Both the position numbers and the translations under genes were made by a program. A stretch of DNA of 64,000 bases from Paragordius varius (taxonomy: Eukaryota > Animalia > Nematomorpha): assembly GCA_964247055.1 (NCBI GenBank), contig OZ176052.1:124001-188000 (forward strand). The letters run 5' to 3'. This document shows, piece after piece, positions 1 to 13,061 of this stretch (position 1 is its first letter; each line of letters opens with the position of its first letter). The notes beneath the pieces are model-generated. The model was not told the origin of the DNA. It ran no database searches and worked only from the letters and a program-made list of their open reading frames with translations.

Positions 1-282
1 ATGAGTGTTCTAAAATTCCCGGTTGGCTATCAAAACATATATATATAATATTGAAATTGGATTAAATGAGTTCTATTAAACATTATTACAATGTAAATTT
101 TAATATTCATTTATATTTGGTTGCAGAAGAAAAATAGGTTTTTAAGTAAAACCCAATAATGGAATATAAAATCTCCCTTTCATATTTACATTTGAAAATC
201 AAAAGTGTTGATTATTAAATATGTCTATATACAGTTTATATATTAAATCCAGTCATATAAATTTCGACTATATATATTTTAC

Positions 283-3200
283 CGGTAACTCTATATGTTG
301 AGTCCCACACTGCATGAACTTGATAAAGGTATAGAAATAGCGTTGGTCTCGCATTGGAAATTCGCATTCGCCTTCATCCGAAATCCGGATTATGCCTGTA
401 AAAGGTGTCGTGAAGTTTAGGAATACACTGTGTCCAGTTTTATTGCAAGTTATATCGGCTATAAATAATTTATCAAGATATTATCTAACGTTATATAAAC
501 ATTATCAAAGAATGAATACAAAAATTAACAAAACTTACCGTTATATGTAGGGAGTGGGACATCAGTCGAACAATCCTAATATAAAAAATGTAATTTTGTT
601 TTTTTATAAAGCTTAATATACTCTTTATAGCAAATGCTTTTGACGATTGTAATATACAAAATTAACTAATATAAATCAAACAGCCAAAATTAATAGGAAA
701 ATGTTTTAAAATTATATGCTATTTTTACTCGGGGTATGGTCCTTTTAAAGGGAACCGGTTTTGGAGATCGGTCAAATACACCCCTGTTTTGTGGATGATA
801 AATGACAACTTCGTTTTCGGGGAAATGGCAATTAAAATAATGCGTTAGGGAGGAGCCATCAATTTGCATTAGGATGGAATTGGAAAAATGAATTCTATCC
901 TATAAAATGCGCATAATTTACTTTATATTCTAGGTTATATGTTTCAAAAATATTTGAAATAACCCATGGGATATATCCAAAATCACATAGAAAAAAGTGG
1001 AAAACAAACTAAATACTTTGGCTGGACTAATTTCCGTTCCACAGTCATAGTAGGGTATGTAGAAAGAAACAACCGATTCTCGTGAAATAGCAAGAGAGCA
1101 GTTTTTCCCTTGAAGCACAGTACTTGTGCGCTGAGGAAAATCAATAGTAATCTGAATTCGATCTTTTTTGCAGTAATGTAAGGCTATAGATATTGTAATA
1201 AGATATTTATAATATTTTAGAAACATGTATATATTTTGGACAAAAACTTTATAAATTCATTAATTAAACAAACAACTATTTACCTGAGACCCCTCCTGTA
1301 GTTGGTATTGGTGATATAGATTTTGGGTATGGAATCGTTTTATATGTGGGTGGGGGCGGTTGATGATGTGGCTGGAAAGCTGATGTTTTGAAAAATAAAA
1401 CATTATTAAAAATTATTTTAAATTTATAAAAAATTGTTACTTGGGCCGGAAAAAAACCGTTAACAACCCTACAAATTGATCAGAAATTAAGTCTGAACAT
1501 ATGGTTAAATTTATTAAAATATTTGTTAATATTGTATATTTTTCTTCTTACGCTTTCAAATCTGTAAATTTAATTTCATTGATTTGACAAAATGTTATGG
1601 GAGCATTCGCTTAGTTAAATCACATAATAATTTGGCTTAATAATGGTTTAAAAATATTCCCGGTGTTGATGAGAAGCTGATAAATTCAAATTAACAGATA
1701 AACAAAGTAAATACTATTCATATCTATAATTTATTCCGAATATACCAGGTGCAAGAAAGAAATTAATCTTATTAATATTGTACATCGTCATCAACACATT
1801 TCGCCCATCTCTCACGGATTATTAAATGCCATGCCAGAGAAAACCGATTATCTTTTGCATAAAACCATTCGTCATGCTACAATGTCTTTTAAATTATTGA
1901 AACACTGCTCAGCGAGCGTGCCCATTGATGCGAAGTTATAGGGCGACAGGTCAGGAGATTTCAGGAGATGCTAAAATATTTCCCATTAAAGGAAATTCAA
2001 GATTTCTTTCACTGTTTTGCTGTGTGTAAACGGAGCATGGTTATGTAGCAAAATCACTTTGCCATGTCTTCAAGCCATTTTCGGTCGTTTAGATTAATGC
2101 ATGGTTTAAAATAAGGCTTTTTTGGCAAAAATGTTATATGTTAATGGTTACCGAGCAAAGGTCATAACATACAATATTGCTCTTGTCTCGCCACATAGAG
2201 CATGGTCTTCTTGCAGAATTTCGTTTTGATGATAATGAAACAGCTAAACAAGATTTTTCAGCTTTGAATTAACTGATGTAATTTCCCATTACTCGTCACA
2301 ATTAAGTGCCAAAATAATTTTTTTCATGTCGTTAAGGAAGGATTTCACAAGTTCTTTTATGATTTTTGATCTAACGTTCATTCGAATCGTTTGGGACTAT
2401 TACCAAATTAATGATCTTTTTGCCTGTGTTCATGATTGTTTTTGATAGATGTAATGCTTCTGCCAGTAAGTGTCATTTCAAGTCTATTAACTTTTACGCT
2501 CTAGCATCTTCGAAGTTGTGTGGTCTACCAGAGCGCCCACACTAGCATGAAATTACAACTTTTAATATTTTGAAATTATGTTTTACATGTGTTAATCGAT
2601 AGAGCATTGTTACCATATGTTACTGCCAGCAAACGAAATTCAACAGCATTTTTTCTTCTGATGCCAATTTTTCGGGCACAAAATTCGACATACTGAATGA
2701 TAAAAATGAGAAGCTAGTTTTAGTGAACTCAACTTGGATAAGTTTGCCGTTCAGATGAACGAAAAGTTTGTTTTAATTTAATCGTCTGCGTACTTTTCGT
2801 TGATATTTTTTTTTAACTAAACCGGTAAATTATGACTCTACCTGGTATAAACTTACGATAAATCTGAGTATACTACAACACTCTGCAGTAAAACCATAAA
2901 AAAAACTCCTTCAAAAAATCATATGTAAACAACTGACTTGAATAAACTTTGAGTATTGCTTCCCGGGAATAATTTGCATCGATTGGGACGACACATTGCC
3001 AGACTCCACTATCAGATTCAAGGGCGTCTTCAATGTATAAATTATAAATGCCTTGGTTAGAGTCTATTTTGTAGGAATACCTATAAGGATAAAATAAAAT
3101 TAGTAGTATAGCAGTAAAATTATAAGATCAACAAAAGACAAGTCTTTTTGTAGAGGAAACCACATTTTTGAGCCTTATTTCGGTTTGAGTTGGAAATAAA

Positions 3201-4413
3201 AAGGAAAAAATATATAAATGGTTGTCTTTCAAAAATATATGTCTCTTCTAAGCTTTTCTGTATAATATCATTCCTTAATGCAGTTTTAGGATAAAAAAAA
3301 TAAAAACCTATGATTGTCTTGACTGACTCTGTGACCATCTTTGACCCAAAAAGCCGTATAATGATTTACGATTTTGCATTTAAGGATTATGCTTGCACCG
3401 GCCGTAATACTAACATCCTTGGGCCATTCCAAAAAGGGGTTAAGCTGCCCATGTGAATATGGTAGGTGGTCTAAATAGCAAAAAAATTGATAAGATTCTT
3501 TTTTAGCATCAAAGATATAAAATATAAATGAAAAGTATGGAGGAAAATATAAAAGTCTTCACAATATGCAAAAGGCAAACTGTTTGTACCACAAATGCCA
3601 TGTTTAAGAATTAAAAAAGTTTTTTGGAAATGGTAATTATTCTATAAAATCTAGGTATAATTGGACATTAATAATGTAGAAATTCGTTATTGACTCATTG
3701 AACTTTGCAAAGATTTATAACTCATTGAAATCGATGTTTATTTTTTTATAACTTGCAATAGCATATAAATTAAAGACTATAGGAAAGGTACAGTTAACAC
3801 ATTTTTGGTCGGACCTTTGAAAATAAATTTAATCAAAGAGTTAATATTTTGCCCGATAAAAAGCAGAGTTTGACCGCTTATGAGTAGAGTCTTTCACGGT
3901 CTCTAAAGCCATGGCCATTTTTCAAATTGATAGAATGATAAGCACAATTTAAACATATATATGATCTATTTAGACATTTTTTATTAATCATATGTGCAAC
4001 ATTTTTTTGGCAAATTATTTTAAAGGCGGTCAAATTTACGGTTATAAATTTATTCTAACATTCAGCTCGATCCATAGAGTAGCAAACTAATTTTTGGGCT
4101 TATTAATAATAAATTTAGATTAGAATGCAGTAAGAAGAGAATAGTGGAAAATAAAAGCCCACTATTCTAAAAGTTATAAATAACACCAATTCTGGTCAGA
4201 TGATATATAAATAAAACCAGGCATTGACAAAAAATTATAGATAAAAAATAAAAAAATACATGAACATAGGATAAAAACGCTCAAAAAGAAGATCCATTGC
4301 AGTGATGAGCATAGATGAGTATAAAGATACCGTGTTTCATGGATATAATTGGTTGGTATAACGTATGATTTGAACAACTTTTTAACCACGTGCATTGCAG
4401 TTTCTTCTGGCAT
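283..4413 (-). CDS. Ig (I-set-like) domain + Pro-rich linker + two ZP-N (cuticlin-like) modules, N-terminal hydrophobic anchor; 3' end unresolved
   Basis: Phase-consistent GT-AG exons: 4218-4413, 3308-3470, 2938-3080, 1284-1379, 1017-1183, 729-899, 539-575, 283-458 (383 codons). Ig motifs FLEWPKDVSITAGASIILKC..FWVKDG and YNLYIEDALESDSGVWQC. ZP-N module 1 has four Cys (YCKK, KNCS, IPYYDCGT, YFNCHF); module 2 ITCNK..FTTPFTGII..GECE..MQCGT. The first exon is the least certain. Confidence 0.8.
1741..2849 (-). mobile_element. Decayed mariner transposon, Mos1/mauritiana-like, inside an intron of the Ig-ZP gene
   Basis: Inverted termini TATACCAGGT (1741) and ACCTGGTATA (2840-2849). Minus-strand remnants MSNFVPEK (ATG at 2691), GKVILLH, SPDLSP and ERWAKCV match Mos1-type DD34D transposase motifs; many stops and frameshifts. 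Confidence 0.85.
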
Positions 4414-5154
4414 TTAATTAAGTTGGCCTAAAAATATTTTTTTCAATAAAATTGATTGCGTTTAAATTAATGATATCCCCCTCATAAGGGATATTTTATG
4501 CGTATAAACTTATGGTAGTTTTATATCTCAGAGTGATAAATTTGAATATCATAAAAATTATTAAAATATAAAGCCGCATTTTAGGCGTTATGCAAAAAAA
4601 TTTAAAGAAATGTAAAACATCATCCCAAAACTTTTTCGCCGCCATTTTATATTTTTTAATTTTTTGAAATGGCTAATACAATATAAATGTAGTTTAGAAA
4701 ATGTATATAATAAACTTTAAAAAGTTTTTAAGCTACATTTTACGATCAACATAATATATTTTAATTTTAATATCAGCTGTTCGTTGAATCGTATTTTGGA
4801 GCTGTCCCAATTTTAGACTCTAAAAGTTATACAAAACTGTAAAATATATAAGCTTATAACTTTCTAAACAGTAATTTATTTAAAAAATTGGGTTCTGGAG
4901 GATATCAAACTACCCCAATATGTCATCCCTTAACAAAAAGTGAAAAGGTTATGAAGAGTTAACAAACATCATTTTTTAAAAGACAGCCATACTTTTTAAC
5001 CAAATTTTTCTATATGGACTATAAAATTACAATTATAATTGAATGTTACCAATTAACAATTAGAATATATATTTTGCAACCCAAAACGATAAGTTATACG
5101 TATAAAAATATAGTGTTTAAAATATGTTTGTTTGTCTTCTAAATATTTGTCTTT

Positions 5155-5431
5155 AATACGGACAAAACGCAAAAATATAAAGACAAATATTTTTTTCTAA
5201 AAGACAACCTCATATTTTTTAAATGTTAATTTTTTCAATTATAAATCATTGTTTTAAATTATAAAGTATAAAATGATGTAAATTGATAACACAATCAATT
5301 ATGTATCTTACGATTGTAAATAAAAAATTTATATAGGAAAAATTAGGGTTTTTAAAAAGTATGGTTGTCTTTTGAAAAAAAATATCTTTATATTTTTACG
5401 TTTGGTCCGTATAATTTCAGTTTTTACTGTA
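5155..5431. mobile_element. Palindromic MITE family A copy (TA-CAGTAAAA...TTTTACTG-TA), left end truncated
   Basis: Inverted arms ATACGGACAAAACG..AAAGACAAATATTTT..AAAAGACAACC and their reverse complement; a further fragment lies at about 4975-5150. Confidence 0.85.
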
Positions 5432-8284
5432 TGTTTTGCCTTTATTTTTATTTTAATCATAAGATGTACGGTTTTTCAATTGACTAAGAAATCGATTTTG
5501 TTGTTATTAACTCAGAGCACTAAAAACTGAAAAAAATTCTAACGGCAAAATACAAATAAAAGATGGCAAATATTAAGCCGAATTCTCAAAATAAATGGCA
5601 TTTTTAAACAAAATGACATTGATTTTGGATTTAGGCTTAATATTTTTGTTTGGTTGTATCAGTTAGAAATATTTAAAAAAGGGTGTATTTAAGGAATCGT
5701 CTGATTGTTTTTTAACATCAACGATATTTTAAAAACATAAAAATAAATGGATACCTATCACAGAATTTATCTTTTCCGGAATAAACTTTAAACTTTAGGT
5801 GATAATGGGATACGTGATTGCATATAACGGTGAAATTAATTAAATTATAGAAAAGGTTAATCATATCGGAAAACTAAAAGATAAAAATACAAATATTAAC
5901 TATAAATACGATATATGCTTCCTTTCCATTTAGCGTTAATTTTAAGGAGATTTTAGCTGAAATTATTATGAATCAAAATCTCAAAAATAAACCAGTTAAG
6001 AATGTTTAACAGACTTTGCATCTCATACGGTTATATATAGGCATCGACTGCACGCGAAAATAAAGGGAAACATAAAAAATGCACACATAAATTTTTAACT
6101 AAAAAAAGATGGTATATGTAAAATAATTTTAGAACAAAATAATTTATCTCTCCTTCGTGTTGTTATTTTTATTATCTGTAAATTATCATCATTAGAAGCG
6201 CAAATTATTCAGTTGCTTATTTTTTCCCAGTAAAATGTATGAAATATTTTTGTATTTCGATTGATTAAATATCAATACCCTAATAACAAAAAAATTATTT
6301 TAAAATCATCCCTCCGATATATATATATTTCAATTTGTTTCTATTATAAGTGTAAAGGTGTAAACTCATTGATAAAAAAAGTGGACATGTCACTGTTATA
6401 TAAATATATATAATTAGTACTTATATAGGAGGGTAGCTAGTATGTTTTTAAGATTATTTTTAAGACACACTCAGAAAAACAAATATCCTGAATGTTAAAA
6501 AAACAACGAACTTAACAGATAATATTTTATATTAAAAGATGAGTGCAAAAATATTTTTTTGAAAAAAAATGACCTAGGGCTAATTTTTTCATTAATAAAT
6601 AATTATATAAAATATATTTTACACAGTATAAAAAATTAATTAGCATAGAAATAGGGGATTTAACTTGGAATCTGATGCCTTGTTGATAAATATATGACTC
6701 AAAAATGAATACGTAAAAGTCTACCCAAACTAAAATTGACGTAGAAAACCAAAATTTTTTTTACATTGAATAATATTTAGTTTGCGTTTATGGCATATGT
6801 TGAATTCTTATTTTCAAAGGGTCCAGTTGTGCTTATTATATTTTTTCTTAACTATAGAAAATTTATAGCATTGGTATGATAGTGCTGAAATATATTATAG
6901 TTGATTCTCATTGAAATCCGATCAAAACAATATTTAATCTCCGATATTGTTTACTCTCCCAATGATAAATGGAAGATACGTAATATACTAGAATATCAAA
7001 AATATCGTACATATGTATGCCAATAATAAAGTTTTGGAAATTTAGATCCTAAAGGCCTAACTTTAATTAATATTTATCACATCATCATTGGACTTAATTA
7101 TGGAAAGGCATAATATAAGTCTATTTTTAATTTTTTAACAAGTAAATACAATAATTTGTATTTTGTTACGTTTAAACGATGATGTCCATATTCATTTAAG
7201 CGTTGAGAGTACCCGCCTTCGAAAAGTCAAAAATTTAAATAAATTAATATATGTTAACGTTGAAAAATGTAAACGAATGGTGAAATTATTTATTTTATTA
7301 ACTTTTTTTGAATATTTATAATGAAACGTTATCGACCAGTTTGATAGATTTATTTCAATATTTAATTATGATATAACACAAATTTGCATATGTTGTATGA
7401 CTGTTTGTTGCATTACGTTAAATGATTCTCTCATAAGTGGTTAACTGTTTAATTTTCTGACGGTTTAATACCCAATCCAACTATGTTAATGTTTGAAAAC
7501 TATTGAAGCTTCAGTTTTCTCATGTCTAATATTTTATCAAATTTTAAAATTTTTGAGACAACCGAGGTTCCATTCAAATTCAATGTCTATTTATTTTTTA
7601 ATTGGGTAATCAAGCAATTGTGTGGTTATCTGGGTTTATCTCCACTCAGAAATGGAACAAAAGAGATATAAATCTGGGATAATAGACTTATTCAATTCAG
7701 TAATGCATATTAAATCAAAAGAACTTAGCAATAACCCTTTGTGATGAGATCTAATCTGTGAAAATAGCAATACTAAAATACAATTGTTTAGTGGTCATAG
7801 GTCATAAAAAATACCAGTTTCACAATTTTTAGTCATGTTTCCATGTTGAAGCTACATTAATTGGCATAGTGTGTACCTCATTTTCTTGCGAAGTTTAAAT
7901 TACAGAGTTATATAGTGTTATTTAAATCACAGTGCACATAAAAAATATTTTAATTTAATATATATTCACTGATAGAAAATGCAGGATTTAATAGTGCTCT
8001 TAATGAGCCTTACGACTCATTTAAGATTTCTCTATCAAAAATGGCAAAATTTGCCCACCTTATGATAAAAATATTTTTTTGATAAAAGATAAATTCTATC
8101 CTTTCCTTTAATAAAAATGCTAAGTTCATTAAAATATTAAAAAGCATAACTTTTAAAAATATCTAACTTTTAGATGCGGGTTCTCAAAGTCTCAAAATTT
8201 TGTCACTGTTTAAAAGGGCTAGTTTTTAAAAATAAACTGTAAAAAGCCGAAAATACGGATAATCACTATATATTATGGTATCAA

Positions 8285-8435
8285 AAAATCAGGACCTTGA
8301 ACCAGCTCAAATAAGATGCAACCTGAACAGGCCTGATTCTTAGCAAGTGAAACCGGAACTGGGTTGGTTCCACCCCAATGAAACCGGCTCCTGTTGAAAT
8401 CTCAGGAACCGAGTTTAGGTTCCAGAAATTCAGGT
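8285..8435. repeat. Fragment rich in GAACCG(G) motifs, resembling subterminal repeats of the hAT MITE at 22290-23204
   Basis: Locally GC-richer with repeated aaccgg/ggttcc motifs; no termini found. Confidence 0.35.
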
Positions 8436-8989
8436 TAAAAAAAATATTTGAAAAAACGCAAACTTTGTTAGGAGAACATTTAATTTTTAGCAAAATTTTG
8501 TCGATGCATGTTTTTTATTGTATTTTAAGCACAGTGGTAATGCTATAGGTACATTAAAGACATTAAATAACACTTCAATTGAATGATGCTTAACATAACG
8601 GTAGATTATTGTAAACAAATATATTCAACTACACTTTCAAGTATCATTAACTAATTAAGAAATAGGATAAATGTTTATCATCATCGCGTGAGGGTAATAG
8701 TTTAAAGTGTTTTCTTGCCCTTTTTACCATCGATAATACCATAAAATAATATTTATTTAAATTTTTGCTAAAAATTTCTATTTATAAAAAGTATGAATTT
8801 TTCAAAAATAATTTTAAAAAAAACCATTTATGAATTGTATCGCGGATCTTTTTGCATTTATTTTAAAATGACTAGACCAAATTAGAGGGATACATATATA
8901 TCAAACTTTTGGTGCCCAATCTTAAATTTAATAATTAATTACATAAAATAACTCTTTCGAGCGATCATATTCCTAAATTTCCGCCATAG

Positions 8990-10152
8990 AATTCTATCTA
9001 TAGTATCTTTGCGCGTTAAGCTGAGTTTTGCCATAGTTTAGTCATATATATCCACAGCGTTTTAAAGAGCCCTCTTTCTATCCTATCCAAAATAAATTAC
9101 TTTTACCGATATTTATGTTACCATCTCCTTTTTCTATATGTCCAAACCATTTAAAATGATTTGATATCATCTTTTGTATTTTTTAGGTTTTATATCTGCA
9201 CTTCCTCCTATTTTGGTATATAAATAACTTTGCCTTACCTTTTATACTACACATCAATCTAGGCATTTAAATATTAGTGCTCTTCTTATGGTATCTTTAG
9301 CCCCCATGTCTGTGAGTTATACATTATATTGGCTCTACAACAGAACATTATGTAAATCTTAACTTTTAAATAAATATTTTTATCGCATAATATATTTAAA
9401 TTTTTTTTGTAATTTGCCCAACTAATTCTATTATTTATATCATGCGTTAAGGAAAGATAACTGCTAAAATCGCCTTCTAATTTGCATTACTCCAGACCTA
9501 TTATACCCACATATTTCTCGTCCCATTAATTTTTAGGGTTTTGGTTTTTTAACATTTAAATTCTACAGTTGTAATTAGCTGCTTTATATTTTTATAAGGA
9601 TAAAAAACTCAGACAAATTATATCTGTGGTATCATTACGATTTTTAAATCATATTATAGCTTAACAACCATGAATATAGTTACTTTTACATTTAGTATCC
9701 TCATAAAACCCCAATAGGTATTTGTCCAAAAAATGAAAAGGTAATAGAATATATATAGTACAGCTGTTGTGAAAACGCTGTATAGTTTTTGTCTTGGAAT
9801 AATTTTAATAATATTATTGATCAAATGATGTTGAATATAAATTTTATACAATTATTCTGAATTATGCGCTGAGCAGTCTCATAACACTTTGCAAAACTGT
9901 CATTGAATATTTGATATGGTTCTTCCGTACAAAGTAAATAACAGCCGCCACACCGTCGAACTTTATTTCAAATTTGTCCACATGATATAGACCGCTGACC
10001 CTTGATACATACCCTGGTTATAGGTATTGACACTTGATGAGATACATATTTGCATGATGAGAAACTTTCAGGCACATTAAAAATTAAAATTTTAAAAAAA
10101 ATATTGTTTTGCCTTATATTATATATAAATATATATATAAGGGAAAACATAG
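8990..10152 (-). pseudogene. Degenerate non-LTR retrotransposon reverse transcriptase remnant (RTE-like)
   Basis: Minus-strand fragments NVPE, GMYQGSA (RT QG motif, about 9993-10013), IMYNSQTWGLK (LYGxETW-like, about 9297-9326) and FKWFGHI (RWFGH-like, about 9138-9155), in correct order but broken by stops and frameshifts. Confidence 0.6.
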
Positions 10153-10628
10153 GGAATGAATAAGGTGACCAGACGTCCCGCTTTTTCACACTTTGTCCCG
10201 CGTCCCGCTAGTTTTTTAAATGTCTCGCTTTTTCACGATTATATAAAAAAAAAATTTTAAATACATTAAAATTTTTTATATAAAATTTATTTTTTTTATC
10301 CGTTTAAATTTTTTACCTTATTTATTTCTAAAATCTATATCAATTTTAAATTAAATTTTTTTTTATTTTTAAATTTAAAACATCTAATTTTTTCGAATTC
10401 ATACTACTCCTACTGCCAACATTATCAAAAAGACAAATTAATACCACAAATCGGTAGCTTATACGTTTATTCAAGAAAATTAAGGTAATAAAACATTTTT
10501 TACTAATATTTTAATTATATTACATGCCAACATCATCAAAAATACAAATTAATTCCATAAATCGGTAGCTTTTACTTTTACTCCAGATCAAGGTAATATA
10601 ATATTTTTTATACTATTAGTTTAAAAAT

Positions 10629-12425
10629 ATGAGTACAAAAAGACGTTGTAAATTTAACGATGAAATAATGAAACAATTTCCTTTTATCAAAAAAACGAAT
10701 AATTCATTTGTTAAATGTTCTTTATGCGAGGGGGAATTCACCCCAGCACATGGCGGCAAGCATGATATTACTAAGCATATGGAAACACAGAAACATAAAA
10801 AATGTTTAGATATGGCGGCATCATCTTACAAAATGAGCGATTTTTATCGAAAAACCGCTAGAGGAAGAAAAGAAGGCACTAGCCGAAGGCGTGTTATCTT
10901 TTCAGGCCGTTAATCACAATCATTCCTTTAGGTCTATGGATTTACCTCACAGGTTATTCGTATCTTATTCAATTAAAACTTTACATATGCCCGTACAGAG
11001 GCTGAAGTCATTGTATGGAATGTCCTTTCGCCACATGCATTTTCTGAAATACAAAAAGATTTGCTGAAAATTAATTTCATACCGCTTTACTCTGATGCAT
11101 CAAATCACAAGGAAACAAAATTATTTCCCACTTAAATAAGATATTTTAATCCAGAAATTTTTAGATTTTATTTCTCTATCCGGTGAAATTTCCGTCATAA
11201 TTTTTACTTCAATAATCAATATTCTAGAAAAAAAAAACTAAAAGACAAAATCATCGCATATTGCGCTGACAACACCAATACGAACTTCGATGGAAAAGCA
11301 AGAAGGGGAACATAAAATCTTTTTCGTGAATTAGCAGATAATCTTCATCAAAACTTTATTGGCTTTGGGTGTGCAGCGCATATAATACACAACGCTATTC
11401 AAATAGCTGCTGATTTGTTACCCCTAGATGTGGTAAATGTAGTTGTTAAAATACATTCCTATGTGTACGCGTTGAAACGCTTAAGGAATTCTGTTTAAAT
11501 GCAGAAGTTCAATATAAAAAATGCTTGGATATTGTGAAACTCGTTGGTTAGCTCTTCTGCCTGCTATCGAAAGAATTTTAAAAATGTATTCCTATAAAAT
11601 CCAATTTTTTATCACACAAATGTCCTAAAACTTTGGAAAAGTTTTTTGAAAATTCTTCAAAAATATGGTTAGAGTTCCTACATAATCAAGCTCTCTTTCA
11701 AAATGTTATTAAATTGATAGAAGGTAATTTCGGCAATCGAAGTTGCCAATGAAGTTAATAACCTAAAATTTCAATGTCACGAAAGGTTAGAAAATATTTT
11801 TATACCATTATCATCCGCTATATTATATATAATTTAGAAAACCAAGGCTTAATAAATCGCCAAGATATCCTGTACCATATAAAAATGTTTTATAGAAACT
11901 GTAAAGATTATTTGGAAGACAGACGGTGCAATTCAATGAAATTGATAATTTTCATTGGATAAAATTCAAACCAGATTTCAATTGGTGCGATGTTCAAAAA
12001 TCATTGATTACATCTGCATCTCTCAAAAATTCCCAAAAAGTAATTTTTCAGAGAATGATTTTTTTCTGAAGTATCATTAGCTAAAAAATATATTTATAAT
12101 GAAAAACTTAAATTATGGACACCATAAAAAACAGTAGAAAAGAAATGGTTAGAATTATTTCATCATTTTGAAACAAACTATGTTCCAAACAATAATGTTT
12201 TAATAATTGTGGAATTTGCACTATCTTTACCTGGAACCAACGCTGCTACTGAGCGCGTTTTTTCCACAGTAAATCAGGTGTGGACATCGGAAAAATCAAA
12301 TTGAAATAATGAAACTTTAAAGGCCATTTTATCTATCAAGTATAATTTGACGAATTCTTGTGAAGACTTCTACAATATTTTAAAAAATGATGACTATCTG
12401 CTAAAACGCATTCACTCAAATAAAA
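10629..12425 (+). pseudogene. hAT transposase pseudogene
   Basis: N-terminal BED-like zinc finger (VKCSLCEGEF..HGGKHDITKHMETQKH). C-terminal hAT dimerisation motif IVEFALSLPGTNAATERVFSTVNQVWTSEKS near 12205-12300. Multiple frameshifts and stops. Confidence 0.85.
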
Positions 12426-12467
12426 AATATACCAAGGAACAAAATATTTTTTTATATTTATAATGTA

Positions 12468-12705
12468 CTAGCGTAAATCTTGTGCTGCTACTCAGCCCGA
12501 GGAAGTCCTTCGGACTTCTGGGGGGAGAGGGTTATTTGAAAAAAGTACAATAAAAGGATCCACAGGATTATTTCGAAAAATTAATTAATAGCTATGATAG
12601 GAATTTTAAAACGGTGCATTCATACTTATATATTGTTTAGTTGGGGGAAAAATAGTTAAAAAATTATTTTTGTGGACTTTGTTTTTTGAAAAAAATGGCA
12701 TTTTA

Positions 12706-12738
<33 letters not shown>

Positions 12739-13061
12739 AAAAAGAGGGCCTAAATCAAAAAAGCGAGCCGATTATGTTCGGCGCAATCAAAAATAAGTAA
12801 ACAAAAATCATATTTGAAATTGAATTGTCCAACACGTTCTCCGGAAAATTGTCTGACACGATTTTTGTGGACTTCTGTTTTCATAAAAACCGTTTACACG
12901 GAATGGGCCCGAACTGGGAGCCCAATTCAAAAAAGGGCGAAGCTATTGTCGGGGCATTTATTAATGATTATATTTTTTCGACATTTGAATTTGAATGGGT
13001 CTATCGGTTTTCCGGAAACAGATCACAAAGCCAGCATTTTCCATTTTTATAAATATATAGA
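12468..13061 (-). mobile_element. Non-autonomous Helitron nested in the hAT element
   Basis: On the minus strand it begins TC (13061), ends CTAG (12468), sits between A and T, and has GC-rich hairpins near the 3' end (e.g. GAAGTCC-TTC-GGACTTC). Homologous to 30514-31715. Confidence 0.75.

Noticed and set aside
5432-8280. Possible hidden exons in the gene-free stretch
   Set aside because: No open, splice-bounded segment with a recognisable motif; appears to be AT-rich intergenic DNA and TE debris.
9870-9965. RRCGGC peptide resembling a PDGF/VEGF cystine knot
   Set aside because: Preceded by an in-frame stop, lacks the other knot cysteines, and overlaps the RT remnant in another frame.
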